Assembly (NCBI GenBank): GCA_000004695.1 | Contig: CM000153.2 | Span: 1,984,001 to 2,048,000, forward strand | Length of the DNA stretch: 64,000 nucleotides | Direction of reading: 5' to 3' | DNA from: Dictyostelium discoideum | Lineage: Eukaryota | Shown: positions 40,271-52,412 of the stretch, in pieces | How the letters are laid out: each line of letters opens with the position of its first letter | Position numbering within the stretch: position 1 is the stretch's first letter | Notes under the pieces: model-generated | The model's database searches: none | The model's input: only the letters and a program-made list of their open reading frames with translations | What the model was told of the DNA's origin: nothing | Made by a program: the position numbers and the translations under genes

Positions 40271-41047
40271 ATGAAATTAATTTTAAGTTTATTAACTTTA
40301 TCAATTTTATATTGTGCTAATACTGTAAATGCAATTAGTGGTCAAGTAACATATTATAATGATGTAGGTTATGGCGCCTGTGGTACTGCTATTGATGCAA
40401 ATACACAATTTTTAGCAGCAGTTCCACCAGCTTATTGGACTACAGCAAATCCAAATTTAGATCCAGTTTGTGGTAAACAAGTAAAATTAACATATAATGG
40501 TAATTCAATTACACTTCCAGTACGTGATAAATGCCCAGGTTGTCCAACTAATAATATTGATATTAGTGCTCCTGCATTTACTCAATTAGTAGGTAGTCTT
40601 GGACCTGGTAGAGTTAGTGTAACTTGGGAATTCCTTGGTGGTAGTTCAAGTGGTGGTACAACAGGTACAGTTTCAACAACAACTGGTGGTAGTGGTACTT
40701 GTCCAAGAACTGCAACAGTTAGTGCAGGTCAAGGCTGTTATGACGTATGGGTATCAAATTGTAATAATGCTTGGGATGAGAACCAATTCTACGCTGCTAA
40801 TCCAGGTGTATCATGTACTGCTCTTCAAGTTGGTCAAAAATTATGTTGTGGTGGTACATCATCATCATCTTCAACAACTGGTAGTGCTTCTTGTTCAAGA
40901 AAAGGTACTGTTGATGCAGGTCAAGGTTGTTATGATGTATGGGTATCAAAATGTAATAATGCATGGAATGAGAATCAATTCTATGCTGCAAATCCAGGTG
41001 TTGTTTGTACTGATCTTCAAGTTGGCCAACAATTATGTTGTAATTAA
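40271..41047 (+). CDS. Secreted RlpA/barwin-like DPBB protein, paralog B (258 aa); tandem duplicate of 38587..39366
   Basis: The architecture is the same and the DNA is near-identical across the DPBB domain (ggtcaagtaacatattataatgat... in both). It has the same two C-terminal Cys modules. The flanking intergenic DNA is unrelated. Confidence 0.8.
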   Translation: MKLILSLLTLSILYCANTVNAISGQVTYYNDVGYGACGTAIDANTQFLAAVPPAYWTTANPNLDPVCGKQVKLTYNGNSITLPVRDKCPGCPTNNIDISAPAFTQLVGSLGPGRVSVTWEFLGGSSSGGTTGTVSTTTGGSGTCPRTATVSAGQGCYDVWVSNCNNAWDENQFYAANPGVSCTALQVGQKLCCGGTSSSSSTTGSASCSRKGTVDAGQGCYDVWVSKCNNAWNENQFYAANPGVVCTDLQVGQQLCCN

Positions 41048-41135
41048 TAATTTCAAATTAATAATTGATGAATATTATTAAGATAAAATAAAAACAATAT
41101 TTTTTGATAGCAAAGGGTTAATGATGTAAGATTTT

Positions 41136-41173
<38 letters not shown>

Positions 41174-41453
41174 CAAAAATATTAAGAGAGAGTGGTTGAT
41201 ATAGTACTATATCATAAATTAATTTCAATGGTAATCATACCCCAAACATTATTATTAATGTTAATGGGGTGTTTAAATTATTGATTTAAAATTGATATTA
41301 TATCTGTTATTCATTTAAAATTAATTTTTTAAAACTAGAGAATTAATTTATTTAGTTTTTAAAATAAGTATAAAAAATACCAGATTTAGCAGTAATTTTT
41401 TTTTCTGCAACAAAACCCATTTTAATTATTTTTTTATTTTATGTGTTTCTGAA

Positions 41454-41497
<44 letters not shown>

Positions 41498-41722
41498 ATT
41501 AACTATTTAAAGGGGTTAAAATAATAGTGATATTCTCAAAATACTTCAAAGACGATTTTATTGTTATTTTTATAACACTCTTTAGAAAGGTATTATAATT
41601 TATATGATTTTTTTTTTTATTCAAAGATTTTTTTTTTTTTTTTTTTTAATACTAACCATTTTTAATAAACAAATATTAATAAAAAAGATTAAATAAAAAA
41701 AAATAAAAAAAAAATTCAACTT

Positions 41723-42718
41723 TTGAGAAATGAAAGAGAAATTTCTAAAGCATTATTTAAAATGATTTTTAGATCAGTACCAACAATTACAATAAATAAT
41801 AAAAAGTTTAAATTTTTAAAAGATGGTCAATTTGATTTTATTGATATATCTTATAAATGTGGAATTGATAAAAAAACTAAATACATTCGAAATGTAAGTC
41901 AACCATTTCTAAATTCAATAAAACAAAAAGAATTTTTATTTACATTAATATTTTATTAGAAACTATCAGATATATTAATAAACACATAGATTGTGTCGTT
42001 ATCCACAAAGGTTGCAAATTGGAGTATTTCTATGAATTTTATGAAAACTTTAGAGGTTTTTTCAAGGTTTTTTATTATAATAGAAACATAATTATTACCT
42101 CTATTCCGGGTATCGCTCGTTTTACAGCTGGATTATGGTTTAACACTGCCACTTGTAAATATTCAGAATTTGGCCATAATATAGTTATATCACCACAACG
42201 TTCCAGGCATTAGGCTAGTACTCTTTGTCATAGTAGGTGCAAGAGATCCGATCAATGGTTCATGGAATGGGTTTGCCTTTAATAGGTCAGTTAGCATTCA
42301 ATATCCAACTGCTGCAATTTCATTTGGTACGAGAGCGTCCACCATCAGAAATGAAAATAAAGTTTTAAATCTTACAGGAAACCAATCACAACTCAGTGGT
42401 TCCACTTCAACAAACAACAAACAACAAGCCAATTTAATTCCAAATAATCCACCATTCTTTATTACTGTAAGTGTGTGTTTGATAACAAATCACTTTTATT
42501 TATTGATCATTTTTTTATTAACTAAATTGATATTAAACAACTTTAATATTACCAAAAATTAGATTCCATCAGCTATCCTCTTAAGTGGAGTTGAACCTAT
42601 TAAAATTGATCCCCAACCCCAAAATTTCGTATTTGATCTTTTTCTTTTGAAAAATAGAATAGATATACTTCCAAATTTCTTTCAAAGTGGCCATAATATT
42701 TACATTGAACCCAATTAA
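41723..42718 (+). pseudogene. Fragmented coding region (candidate pseudogene or mis-called multi-exon gene); unusually G+C-containing for this locus
   Basis: Frame-1 ORF 41723..41959 (MIFRSVPTITINNKKFKFLKDGQF...KYIRN, then GTAAGT). Frame-1 ORF 42019..42213 (...FTAGLWFNTATCKYSEFGHNIVISPQRSRH). A frame-2 open stretch 42185..42466 (GARDPINGSWNGFAFNRSVSIQYPTAAISFGTRAS...NNPPFFIT) ends at a GTAAGT donor at 42467. Acceptor AATTAG|ATT at 42562 is followed by a 52-codon terminal exon to the stop at 42716-42718. The upstream pieces cannot be joined without a frameshift. Confidence 0.35.
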
Positions 42719-42752
42719 AAATAAAAAAAATAATAATAAAAATAAAAATAAA

Positions 42753-42783
<31 letters not shown>

Positions 42784-43106
42784 ACAAATATAATTATGCT
42801 ATTATACTAAACAAATTTTAATCAAAAAAAATAATTAAAATAAAATATTATAAAATAAAATAAAATGATTAGATTCATTTTTTATTTTCTATATCATTTT
42901 TGGTATATTCCAGAGCTCTCAATTTTGAAAAATTAAAATTTTTTTTTTTTTTTTTTTTTTGTGTGTCAGATTCGAATGTTAATACAAAAAAAAAAAAAAA
43001 GATAATAATAAATATCATCAATAAATAAACAATTAAATTATATATTCAAATGAAAATAAAAAAATAAATGATGACGTTGAAATTAAGATATTTTTTGGAA
43101 ACGATA

Positions 43107-43149
<43 letters not shown>

Positions 43150-43372
43150 TTTTTTTTTTTTAATTTTTTTGAATTTTAAAAAAAAAAAAAAATAAAAAAA
43201 ATTGAAATTTTTTTCACCTTAAACAGTGTTTATATATTTAATTTTAGTTTTTTTTATTTTATTTTATTTTTTATTTTTTTTGTAAAAAAACTAAAAACAT
43301 AATTAAATTAGATTACTATATATATATATATGTATAATATATGAATAAAAAAATATTATTAAAAACATATTA

Positions 43373-43425
<53 letters not shown>

Positions 43426-43461
43426 TTATTATTTATATATATTTATAAATAAATAATAAAA

Positions 43462-45157
43462 ATGACACTAATTCAAAATGAACATCCAGAAATTAGTAAT
43501 ATAATAAATAATATTCAACAAAATCAAAAGAATAATAAAATCAATGATTTGAAAAATTTTTTAGAGAATTCAAAACATTTTGGTGATTTTAGAAAATACT
43601 TAATTGAAAAGAATAAGTATTCATTGGCATCAATGTTACAATGTTATGAATCGATTCAATCATTTAAACAATCATTTTTAGTAGATAATCCACCATTTAA
43701 TTTAAAATTAGCAAATGATATCATATCAACCTTTTTAATTAAACCAACAAATTCAAACGTTTCACCAAACTCGAGTAATTCAAATTTATTTTCAAATAAT
43801 AATAATAATAATAATAATAATGGAACAGGATCATCATCATCATCATCATCACCACCACAATCACAACAACCATCATCATCTTCATTTTATATTGGTTTCA
43901 TTGATGCAAGTGTTTATAATAGTTTAAAAGCTTTATTAGATCCATTGTGGCAAAAACCAACTTCTTCAATTTCTTTAAATAGTTCTGTTAATACAACAAC
44001 AACAACAGCAGCAACAACAACATCTAATAACCCATTATCAACATCATCATCAAGTATTGGTGCTGGTGGTTCATTATTTGATTCATCACCATTAGATTCT
44101 GATTCTGATTTATTTGGTACCCCAACAACACCAGTACCAATACCAACACCAACAAAAACAACAACAACATCAACAGTTGAGGATCCAGAAGAACCAACTA
44201 AAGAACAAATAAATAAACAAAAAGAGATTAAAGATGATTTATCAACACATGTCACCCATAATTTATTCGATATATTAATTGAATTCTTAATATTCAAATT
44301 AGAGCCTGAATTTAGAAAATATATGGCCATAATTACTCCAAATGTATGTTTTTAATTTATCCTTATTATTATTATTATTCTTTGTTTTAAATTTATATAT
44401 ATTTTTTTTTCATTTTTTTTATTTGAAAGTTTTAAAAAGTTGGATCCTTTTTGGAAGATCCTGGGAAAGGCCAAAAAAAAAAATAAAAATAAAAAAAAAA
44501 ATAAAAAAAAAAGAAAAGAAAAAAAAAAAAATAAAAAAAAAAGAAAAAAAAAATTTTATAATTTGACCTAAATTTGCTGATTTTCATATACTGACCTTTT
44601 TTTTTTATTACTTTTAGAACGAACAAAGTTTTAACCCATTAAATAGTAATAATAATAATAACAATAATAATAATAATACAAATACAAATTCAAATATGGT
44701 ATTTGAATCACCATTAACACCAAAGAAAGAGGAAGTTGCAGCCAATTTTTATATAAATAATTTAAATAACAGTAGTAATAGTATAAACTATAATAGATTA
44801 GAAGGAGAGAATAGAATAGTATGGTTTGGAGATCAAGATCATATTCCAGTTTACTATGTGGATCATTTAGGTGGTGCAATAATTCAAGCATTACTATATA
44901 TAACCGAATTTAGATTCCTATTCATTAGTAAACTAACTATGACCGAATTAACATGGATACCATTAGCAACAGTTTATCGTATTGAAAGAGTAACAAGTTT
45001 TAGGTTTGACAGTGCAATTTCAATATGGGGTAAAAATTTTAGGAGGATTGAATTTCATATTGATCCAAAAGAGTTTAAACAACAATCATTTAATACATTA
45101 GGTGGTATTTCTGTAAATAATAATAATAATAATAACAATAGCAATAATAATAATAAC

Positions 45158-45188
<31 letters not shown>

Positions 45189-46822
45189 TGAATAATGGTA
45201 TGAATAATGGTTCACCTTATATTAATGGTGGTAATAATGGTGAATATATTGGTGATATCACTCAACCAATTATATTTAGAATGAGAATATTTGCTTTTCA
45301 AGATGTATCAAATTTATTTGCATTCAAATATTCACCAAATAAATCACAATTACAAGATGGTTGGAGAATATTAAATGATTTTGGTGAATGGTTACGTCAA
45401 GGAATTCTATCAGAGACAGCAGGTTACAATATGAAATGGCGTTACTCTGAAAAGAATATTGAATATATTAATCCAACCTATCCAAAATGGTTGGTTGTAC
45501 CACATAATATTTCCGATGAAGAAGTTGGTATTTGTATGAATTTCCGTTCAAAAGGTCGTATTCCAGCATTATCTTGGATAAGTAGAGATGGTGTACCTTT
45601 GGCACGTTCATCACAACCAATGGTTGGTATCACTAGACAAAAGAGTGTTGTTGATGAAAAGTTGGTGGATTCAATTCGTATGGCTTGTCCAAGTGGTAAA
45701 TCATTATTCCTATTGGATGCTCGTCCAAAAGCAAATGCAATTGCAAACGTTGCAAAAGGTATGGGCTATGAATTGAATTACAATTGTGATATTGAATTCC
45801 TTGGTATTGCAAATATTCATTCAATGCGTGACTCTATCAATAAATTGGAACAATTTTGTCAATCAAATAACGATGAAAATTGGTTAAGTGGTCTTAATGA
45901 AACTCGTTGGTTAGATCATATTCGTACACTTTTATTAGGTGTAGCCAGAGCAGTCAGTCTCATCAATAAAGGTCATCCAGTTTTATTGCATTGTAGTGAT
46001 GGTTGGGATAGAACTTCTCAACTCTCCTCTCTAACTATGATCATTCAAGATCCATACTTTCGTACTATTGAAGGTTTCCAAGTTTTAATCGAAAAGGAAT
46101 GGTTAAGCTTTGGTCATTGCTTTATGAATCGTGTAAGACATGGTGATCGTAATTGGTACTCTGATAGTCAACGTTCACCAGTATTCCTTCAATTTATCGA
46201 TTGTGTTTATCAATTAATGAATCAATATCATGACTACTTCCAATTCAATGAAAACTATTTAATTACAATCTTGGATGCCCTTTACTCTTGTCAATTTGGT
46301 ACATTCCTTTGTAATAGTGAAAAGGAAAGACAAACTATTAAAAAGGATACAGTATCACTTTGGAGTTATATAAATTCAAATCCATTGACTCCCTATCTAA
46401 ATCCATTCTATATTTCCTATGAACATGAAACATCAAGAGCTTTCCATTTACCAGAATGGAGAAGTGAACATATTACCCTATGGAAAGGTTATTACCTTCG
46501 TTATTGGAGAAATCCATTAAAGGAACCAATGGATTGGCAAAAGGTCTCCATTGGTTTAAAACTTAAAAACAATCATCTCTTACGTCAAATCCAAGATTTA
46601 ATACTTCAAAATCAACAATTAACATTGGATAATTTATCATTACAAGAAGAAAAGTACAAACAAACTCAAGAAGTTGAAAATGAGAAATTAGAAAATCAAG
46701 AAAAAGAAAAAAGTGATCATAGTAAAAAATTAAATCAAGAAAATGATATCACCATACCACTCAATAATGAAACTATATTAAACGAAAGTGAACCTGTTGT
46801 AGAAAATGAAATAAATCAATAA
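43462..46822 (+). CDS. Myotubularin-related phosphoinositide 3-phosphatase (GRAM/PH + PTP domain, CSDGWDRT active site, C-terminal coiled coil); 2 exons 43462..44343, 44618..46822 (~1028 aa)
   Basis: LLHCSDGWDRTSQLSSLTMIIQDPYFRTIEGFQVLIEKEWLSFGH is the myotubularin CX5R catalytic loop. A GRAM-like RIVWFGDQDHIPVYYVD...TWIPLATVYRIERV lies upstream. Exon 1 (ORF 43462..44355) ends at a GTATGT donor at 44344 (phase 0). The acceptor TTTTAG|AAC at 44616-44617 is in frame with ORF 44696..46822 and no stop intervenes. Confidence 0.8.
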
Positions 46823-46961
46823 ATTATATTAATTATTAATTTAGTAAACAATTCAAACAAACAAACAAAAAATAAAATAAAATAAAATAAATAAATAATA
46901 AAAATAAAAAATCGATATATAAATACAAATGACAATAACAAGTTTTTAATTTTTATTTATT

Positions 46962-47441
46962 TTAAAATTTAAAATAAAAAGAACTTGGATAAACCATTGG
47001 TATTTTAATTAGACCATTCAAAACTTGATCTAAAAATGATATTGGATTTGTTGTTGATGATGATGATGACGATGATGATGGTATTGAGTGTTGCTGATTT
47101 AATTTCTTTTGAATAAATTCACAAAATTTAAAAAGTGGGAAATAGTTTATAAGTTCTTGATTTTGTGATTGTTGATGTTGTTGATATCTTTGTTCTTGTT
47201 GGTGATTAATACCATTTGCATTGATATTGTTATTGTTATTATTATTTTTATTGATTACTATTAAATCTATTAATTTAACAATTAAATTACAAGAGAAAAT
47301 AAAAGATTCCAATATTTGCTTTGTATCTAAAGGAACTGTATGGTTGATAGATTTTGATTGAATATTTAAAAGTAATTGATATTTTTGTTCTAATTGTCTG
47401 AAAATTAATGATTTACTTAAAAATCTCTTTAATAATATTTC

Positions 47442-47519
<78 letters not shown>

Positions 47520-48697
47520 GCCATCATCGTTGCATTCTAATAAAAATGATTTCAAATTTAAAATATTAAATAAATATTTCTCATGTAATAATATAAAATC
47601 TTCTTGGAATTGAAGTGATCTTTCTTGCTGTGAACTTGCTTTTAGAGAAACAATAGATGTATGATAATTTGATAATTGATTTAATATCTTTGAATTATTA
47701 TTATTATTGTTATTATTAGTGTTGTTTTTATTGGTGGTGATGCTATAAATTGAAATTTCATTCTCTAAAGTTGCAATAGATAATAAACCTTTTAACCAAA
47801 GGTAATTACATTCAGATTCAACTTTATGAATTAAAGTTGAATAAATAACCATTGCGATCTTATGAAATCCATGACGTTGTGATAATTGTGCTAAATTATA
47901 ACAACTCCATAATTGATCAGGTTTTGGATTCTCTAAAATATATTGTATCAATGGTAATAGTTGCTCTGTTATCTCTTGAATCTTTTGATTATTTTCATCA
48001 AATGTTTTAAATATACACATAAAAATTGACATCTAAAATAATAATAATAATAATAACAATAATAATATATTAATAAATGTTTTTTTAAAAATTTAGAATT
48101 AAAATTAAAATTTTTTTAATACATACAGGTATTGAATATTTACAATCTTGCTTATTTATTCCATTACTAATACCATTGTTATTTCTATTAATGATGTTAT
48201 TATTATTATTGTTACTATTATTATTATTATTATTATTATTATTGAAATTATTGTTTATTAACTGTACACTATTTTCTTTAATAATTAAATTATTTAAATA
48301 ATCTAATATTAATTTAAACCAACCATTTTGATTTAAAACCGATTTATTCATTGGTATACACATTGATAGACAATGGAATAATGATTTTAAAATTGAATCT
48401 TTAATTTATAAAAAAAAAAAAATTAGTAACAAACAATAAATAAAAAAAAATGGAAAATAAAAAAATAATACATACAAGGTATTTCATTTAATAGTGATAT
48501 AATTGTAGTTGTAATTGATTTTAATGGTTTTGGATCCTTTTTAATTAATCTAATTATTGATTTTAAAAAAACTGATGTTTTATTTAATGTTGATTTATTT
48601 TCATTAATATTAGTATTGTTATTTGTTGATGTTGTAAATTGAGTTTTTAATATTACACATATATTATTCACTGTTTGATTCAATATTGATTCTATTA

Positions 48698-48793
<96 letters not shown>

Positions 48794-49573
48794 CAGTTGA
48801 TTCAACTATAATATTAACAAGAGTTTGAATTGATAATTCAGATAGTTTAAAATCATAATCTAATGAATATTGATAAAGAATATCAATTAAATCATTATCA
48901 TTTGCTTGATTCAATTCCAATATCTTTGTATATTGGGATTGAGATAATATTGAAAGTAATAATAATGCATTATATTTTATCTCTCTATAAGATTTGGATG
49001 GTGTCTCCTTTATGATATTGAATATTTCAATTATTGGAAATTGTGAATGTGGTGATGTTATTGCTAATTTTTGTAAACATTTTAATGCTATAACTTTAAC
49101 TACAACTCTTGAATCTGAAAATCCATAATTCTTTAAAAATTTAATCTATAAATAATAAATGAATTAGTATTAATTTTTTTTTTTTTTTTTCTTTTTTTTT
49201 TTTTAAAAAAAAATACATACATGATCATCAATATAAAGGATATGTTTTAAAGATAAATTTGTTAAAGTATCTAAAATTACAGAAACGAAACCAACAGAAG
49301 GATATAAATCCAATAAACCAACTAACATCTCTTTAGATTGTGTTGCAATTGAATGACTATGATGCATATGTCTAAATAATCTGGTATACTTTAATTTGGT
49401 TATTGGTGGTGTTTCAACATTTTGAATAACTGTATGAATTTTTTCAATAATACTATCTGAAAATAATGGTGATATTTCACATAATTTATCCATTATAAAA
49501 ATTGTTGCTTCTAATTCAACTTGATCATGTGATTGCATACATGTTCTAATACTGTATTATTATTATTATTATA

Positions 49574-49666
<93 letters not shown>

Positions 49667-50452
49667 TGAGAGATTAATATTTTTTATTTAGATTTTTAAA
49701 AGTATAAATTTGAATATTTACCTATGATGAATATAAAGTTTATCAGCAATTAAATGAGGTACACTACCTAATACTCTTAAAGATAATGAACGTGCTATTG
49801 GGTCATTGGATAGAATGACAGAATGAATTCTTTTTAAAACCTCTTCAATATTTGAAACTTTATGAATCTCTGATGAACATTCTTGAAATACTTTTAATAT
49901 ACGATATTTAACAGTGTTACTTGTAGTTCTAAAAATATCGGATAAACGTGTTATAACTGAATTTACAATTAAAGGTGATGGATGAAATTTAATTAAATGA
50001 CTAAAGAAAAGTATTGATTCAATTTGTTCACCTAAATTACCACTTCTAATACCTTTATTGATCTCCATTAATATTGTGCCACATTCTTTATCATCCTCTT
50101 TATTAGATTCAATCACTACTATATTACTATTAGTTGGTGTTGTTGTACCACCACCACCACCAACTACTGATGATGCTGATGATGTTGATGATCCAGCTGT
50201 TTGTATACCACCACCACCACTTACAGTATTGTTGGTAGTAGGTGATGGTGTTGAAATACTTGATGAAGGTGGTTGAATAGTTACTGTAGTTGGTGTAGTT
50301 GTTGATTGTTGATTATTGGTTGAAAATAAATGAAATAATGAATTTGGTGGTAATTGATTTGATATACCTAAAACTGATGATCCATTTGATAATGATGGTT
50401 GTCTAACCCCTCCTTGATCATTTAATAGACTTGAGTTTTTATATTTACTCAT
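46962..50452 (-). CDS. ints7: Integrator complex subunit 7 (INTS7) ortholog; 5 exons 49722..50452, 49221..49551, 48476..49145, 48127..48398, 46962..48032 (~1024 aa)
   Basis: Exon 1 reads ILMEINKGIRSGNLGEQIESILFFSHLIKFHPSPLIVNSVITRLSDIFRTT...HSVILSNDPIARSLSLRVLGS. This closely parallels the human INTS7 N-terminus (LMELDKGLRSGKLGEQ...HSNDPVARAITLRMLGS). The splice GTAAAT (phase 2) to CAG|T yields ...IHH-S-IRTCMQSHDQVELEA, matching INTS7 HHSIRQSLDSHDNVEVEA. All four introns have GTAAAT/GTATGT donors and AG acceptors with closing phases (2, 0, 1, 0). Introns 1 and 3 contain (AAT)n. Confidence 0.8.
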
Positions 50453-50778
50453 TATCTATTTAATTAAATATTTCAATTAGTTAAATTAAAAATGAAAAAT
50501 TAAAAAAAAAAAAAAAAAAAATGAAAAAGTGAAAAAAAAGTGAAAAGTGAAAAAAAAAAAAAAAAAAAAAATTAAAAAATGAATAAAAAAAAAAAACAAT
50601 ATAATTAAAACAATTCCAAAAAAGGAAAGAAAATGATGAAAAAATTAAAAAAACAAAATTATTAAAATAATTCTTTAAAAAAAGATCTAAATAAAATCAT
50701 TCCAAAATTTTATTTTTTATTTTTTACATATTAAATGAGTCAATAAACCCTTATTTATTTTTTTTATTATTATTTTTT

Positions 50779-51915
50779 TTAAAGTGGAGTAACATATGAT
50801 GCAGTTAAACCACCATCAACTAAAAATGTTGAAGCTGTTACGTAAGATGACTTTGGAAAATAAAAAAAGAAACAAAAAAAATAAATTAAATATTAGTTTC
50901 TATAAAATTAATATTAAAATTTAAATAATTAATATTAATAATTACCTCATCACTTGCAAGGAACAAAGCACCATTTGCGATTTCATTTGCCAAACCAAAT
51001 CTACCCATTGGAAGATGAACTAAACGACGATTTCTCTTTTCTGGGGTATTTAAGAATTTATCCAATAATTCAGTTCTTAATGGGCCTGGACAAAGTGCAT
51101 TTACTCTAATATTTTGTCTTGCATGAATAATTGCTAATTCTCTAGTCATTGCTAAAACACCACCTTTACTTGCAGTGTATGCTTAATTAATTTTAAAATA
51201 AAAAATATTTATTAATAATTTATTTTTATTTTTATTTTTATTTTTAAAAAACACACTTACCAATTTGTGGAGTTGCAGCACCCATTATTGCAACAAAACT
51301 TGCAGTATTGATTATAGTACCACCACCAGCTCTTAATAAAGCAGGAATACCAAATTTACAGCCTAAAAAAACACCTTTTAAATTAACATTCATTGTTTTA
51401 TCCCAAACTTCTTCAGTTGTATTTACAGAGTCATCATCTTCAGAGATCATAATACCAGCATTATTGAAAAGGATATTTAATTTACCAAATGTTTTTTCTA
51501 CAGCATCTATCATTTCTTTAACATCGGATGCTTTACTAACGTCAGCTCTAAAAAATGATGCTTCGCCACCTGATGATTTAATTAATGATTCTACTTCTTT
51601 ACCTTTAATATCATTTACATCAACTAATAAAACTTTAGCACCTTCTTTTGCAAATAATAATGAGGATTCTCTTCCAACACCATCTGCTGCACCTGTAATT
51701 AATGCTACTTTACCATCTAATCTACCTTTTTCTAATTTTAAAAAATTATAAAAATTAAAATTAAAAAATTAAAAAAATTAAAAATTAATAAATTATTATT
51801 ATTATTATTATTATTTTTTTTTTTTTTTTTTTTTTTCAATATACTTACTTATAGTTGAATAAAATCTAATAGAGGTTGATCCAATATTTTGTATTTTTTT
51901 AAAAGATGAAAACAT
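50779..51915 (-). CDS. Short-chain dehydrogenase/reductase (classical SDR: TGAADGVG Rossmann motif, NNAG, Y-TAS-K catalytic YxxxK, PG...FLVDGG tail); 4 exons 51849..51915, 51261..51731, 50946..51181, 50779..50850 (~281 aa)
   Basis: The plus-strand ORF 51308..51751 is the mirror image of the real exon 2. Minus-strand translation gives MFSSFKKIQNIGSTSIRFYSTI, then GTAAGT, then KGRLDGKVALITGAADGVGRESSLLFAKEGAKVLLVD...NNAGIMIS...TASFVAIMGAATPQIG, then GTAAGT, then AYTASKGGVLAMTRELA...ALCPGPLRTEL...ALFLASDE, then GTAATT, then SSYVTASTFLVDGGLTASYVTPL*. The phases close (1, 1, 0). Confidence 0.8.
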
Positions 51916-52065
51916 TTTATTGTGAATAATTTAATGAAAATAATAATAAAAAAAAAAAAAAAAAAAAAAATATTTTATCAAAAAAAAAAAATTATTTAAA
52001 AAAAAATTAAATTAAATTTAATAATTAAAAAAAAAAATTAAAAAATTAATCTTTTTTGTAAATTG

Positions 52066-52105
<40 letters not shown>

Positions 52106-52302
52106 AAACCAACAATTTCACACAAACCATCATAAAAAAAAAAAAAAAAACTCCTTTTATAATATTTTTTTTAAAATCATTAAATTTCTTTTAAAAAGAA
52201 TGTGAAAGGAAGTTTAAAAAAAATAGATTCAATTTATTTCTAATAAATAATTTAATTTTTTTTTTTTAATTTTTTTTTTTTTTCAAAATTATTTCTGTTT
52301 CT

Positions 52303-52338
<36 letters not shown>

Positions 52339-52412
52339 ACTGTTTTAAAAAAAAAAAAAAAGTAATTATTTAAAATTTTTTAGGTATAAAACAAACAAAG
52401 AACAATTAAAGA
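51916..52412. promoter_or_regulatory. Divergent intergenic/promoter region between the SDR start (51915, minus) and the ADP-ribosylglycohydrolase start (52413, plus)
   Basis: 497 bp of A/T homopolymers lie between two opposed start codons. Inferred from the arrangement only. Confidence 0.35.

Noticed and set aside
51308-51751. Plus-strand ORF of 147 aa
   Set aside because: It is the mirror image of exon 2 of the minus-strand SDR gene, whose translation shows the TGxxxGxG, NNAG and YxxxK motifs. The plus-strand product has no motifs.
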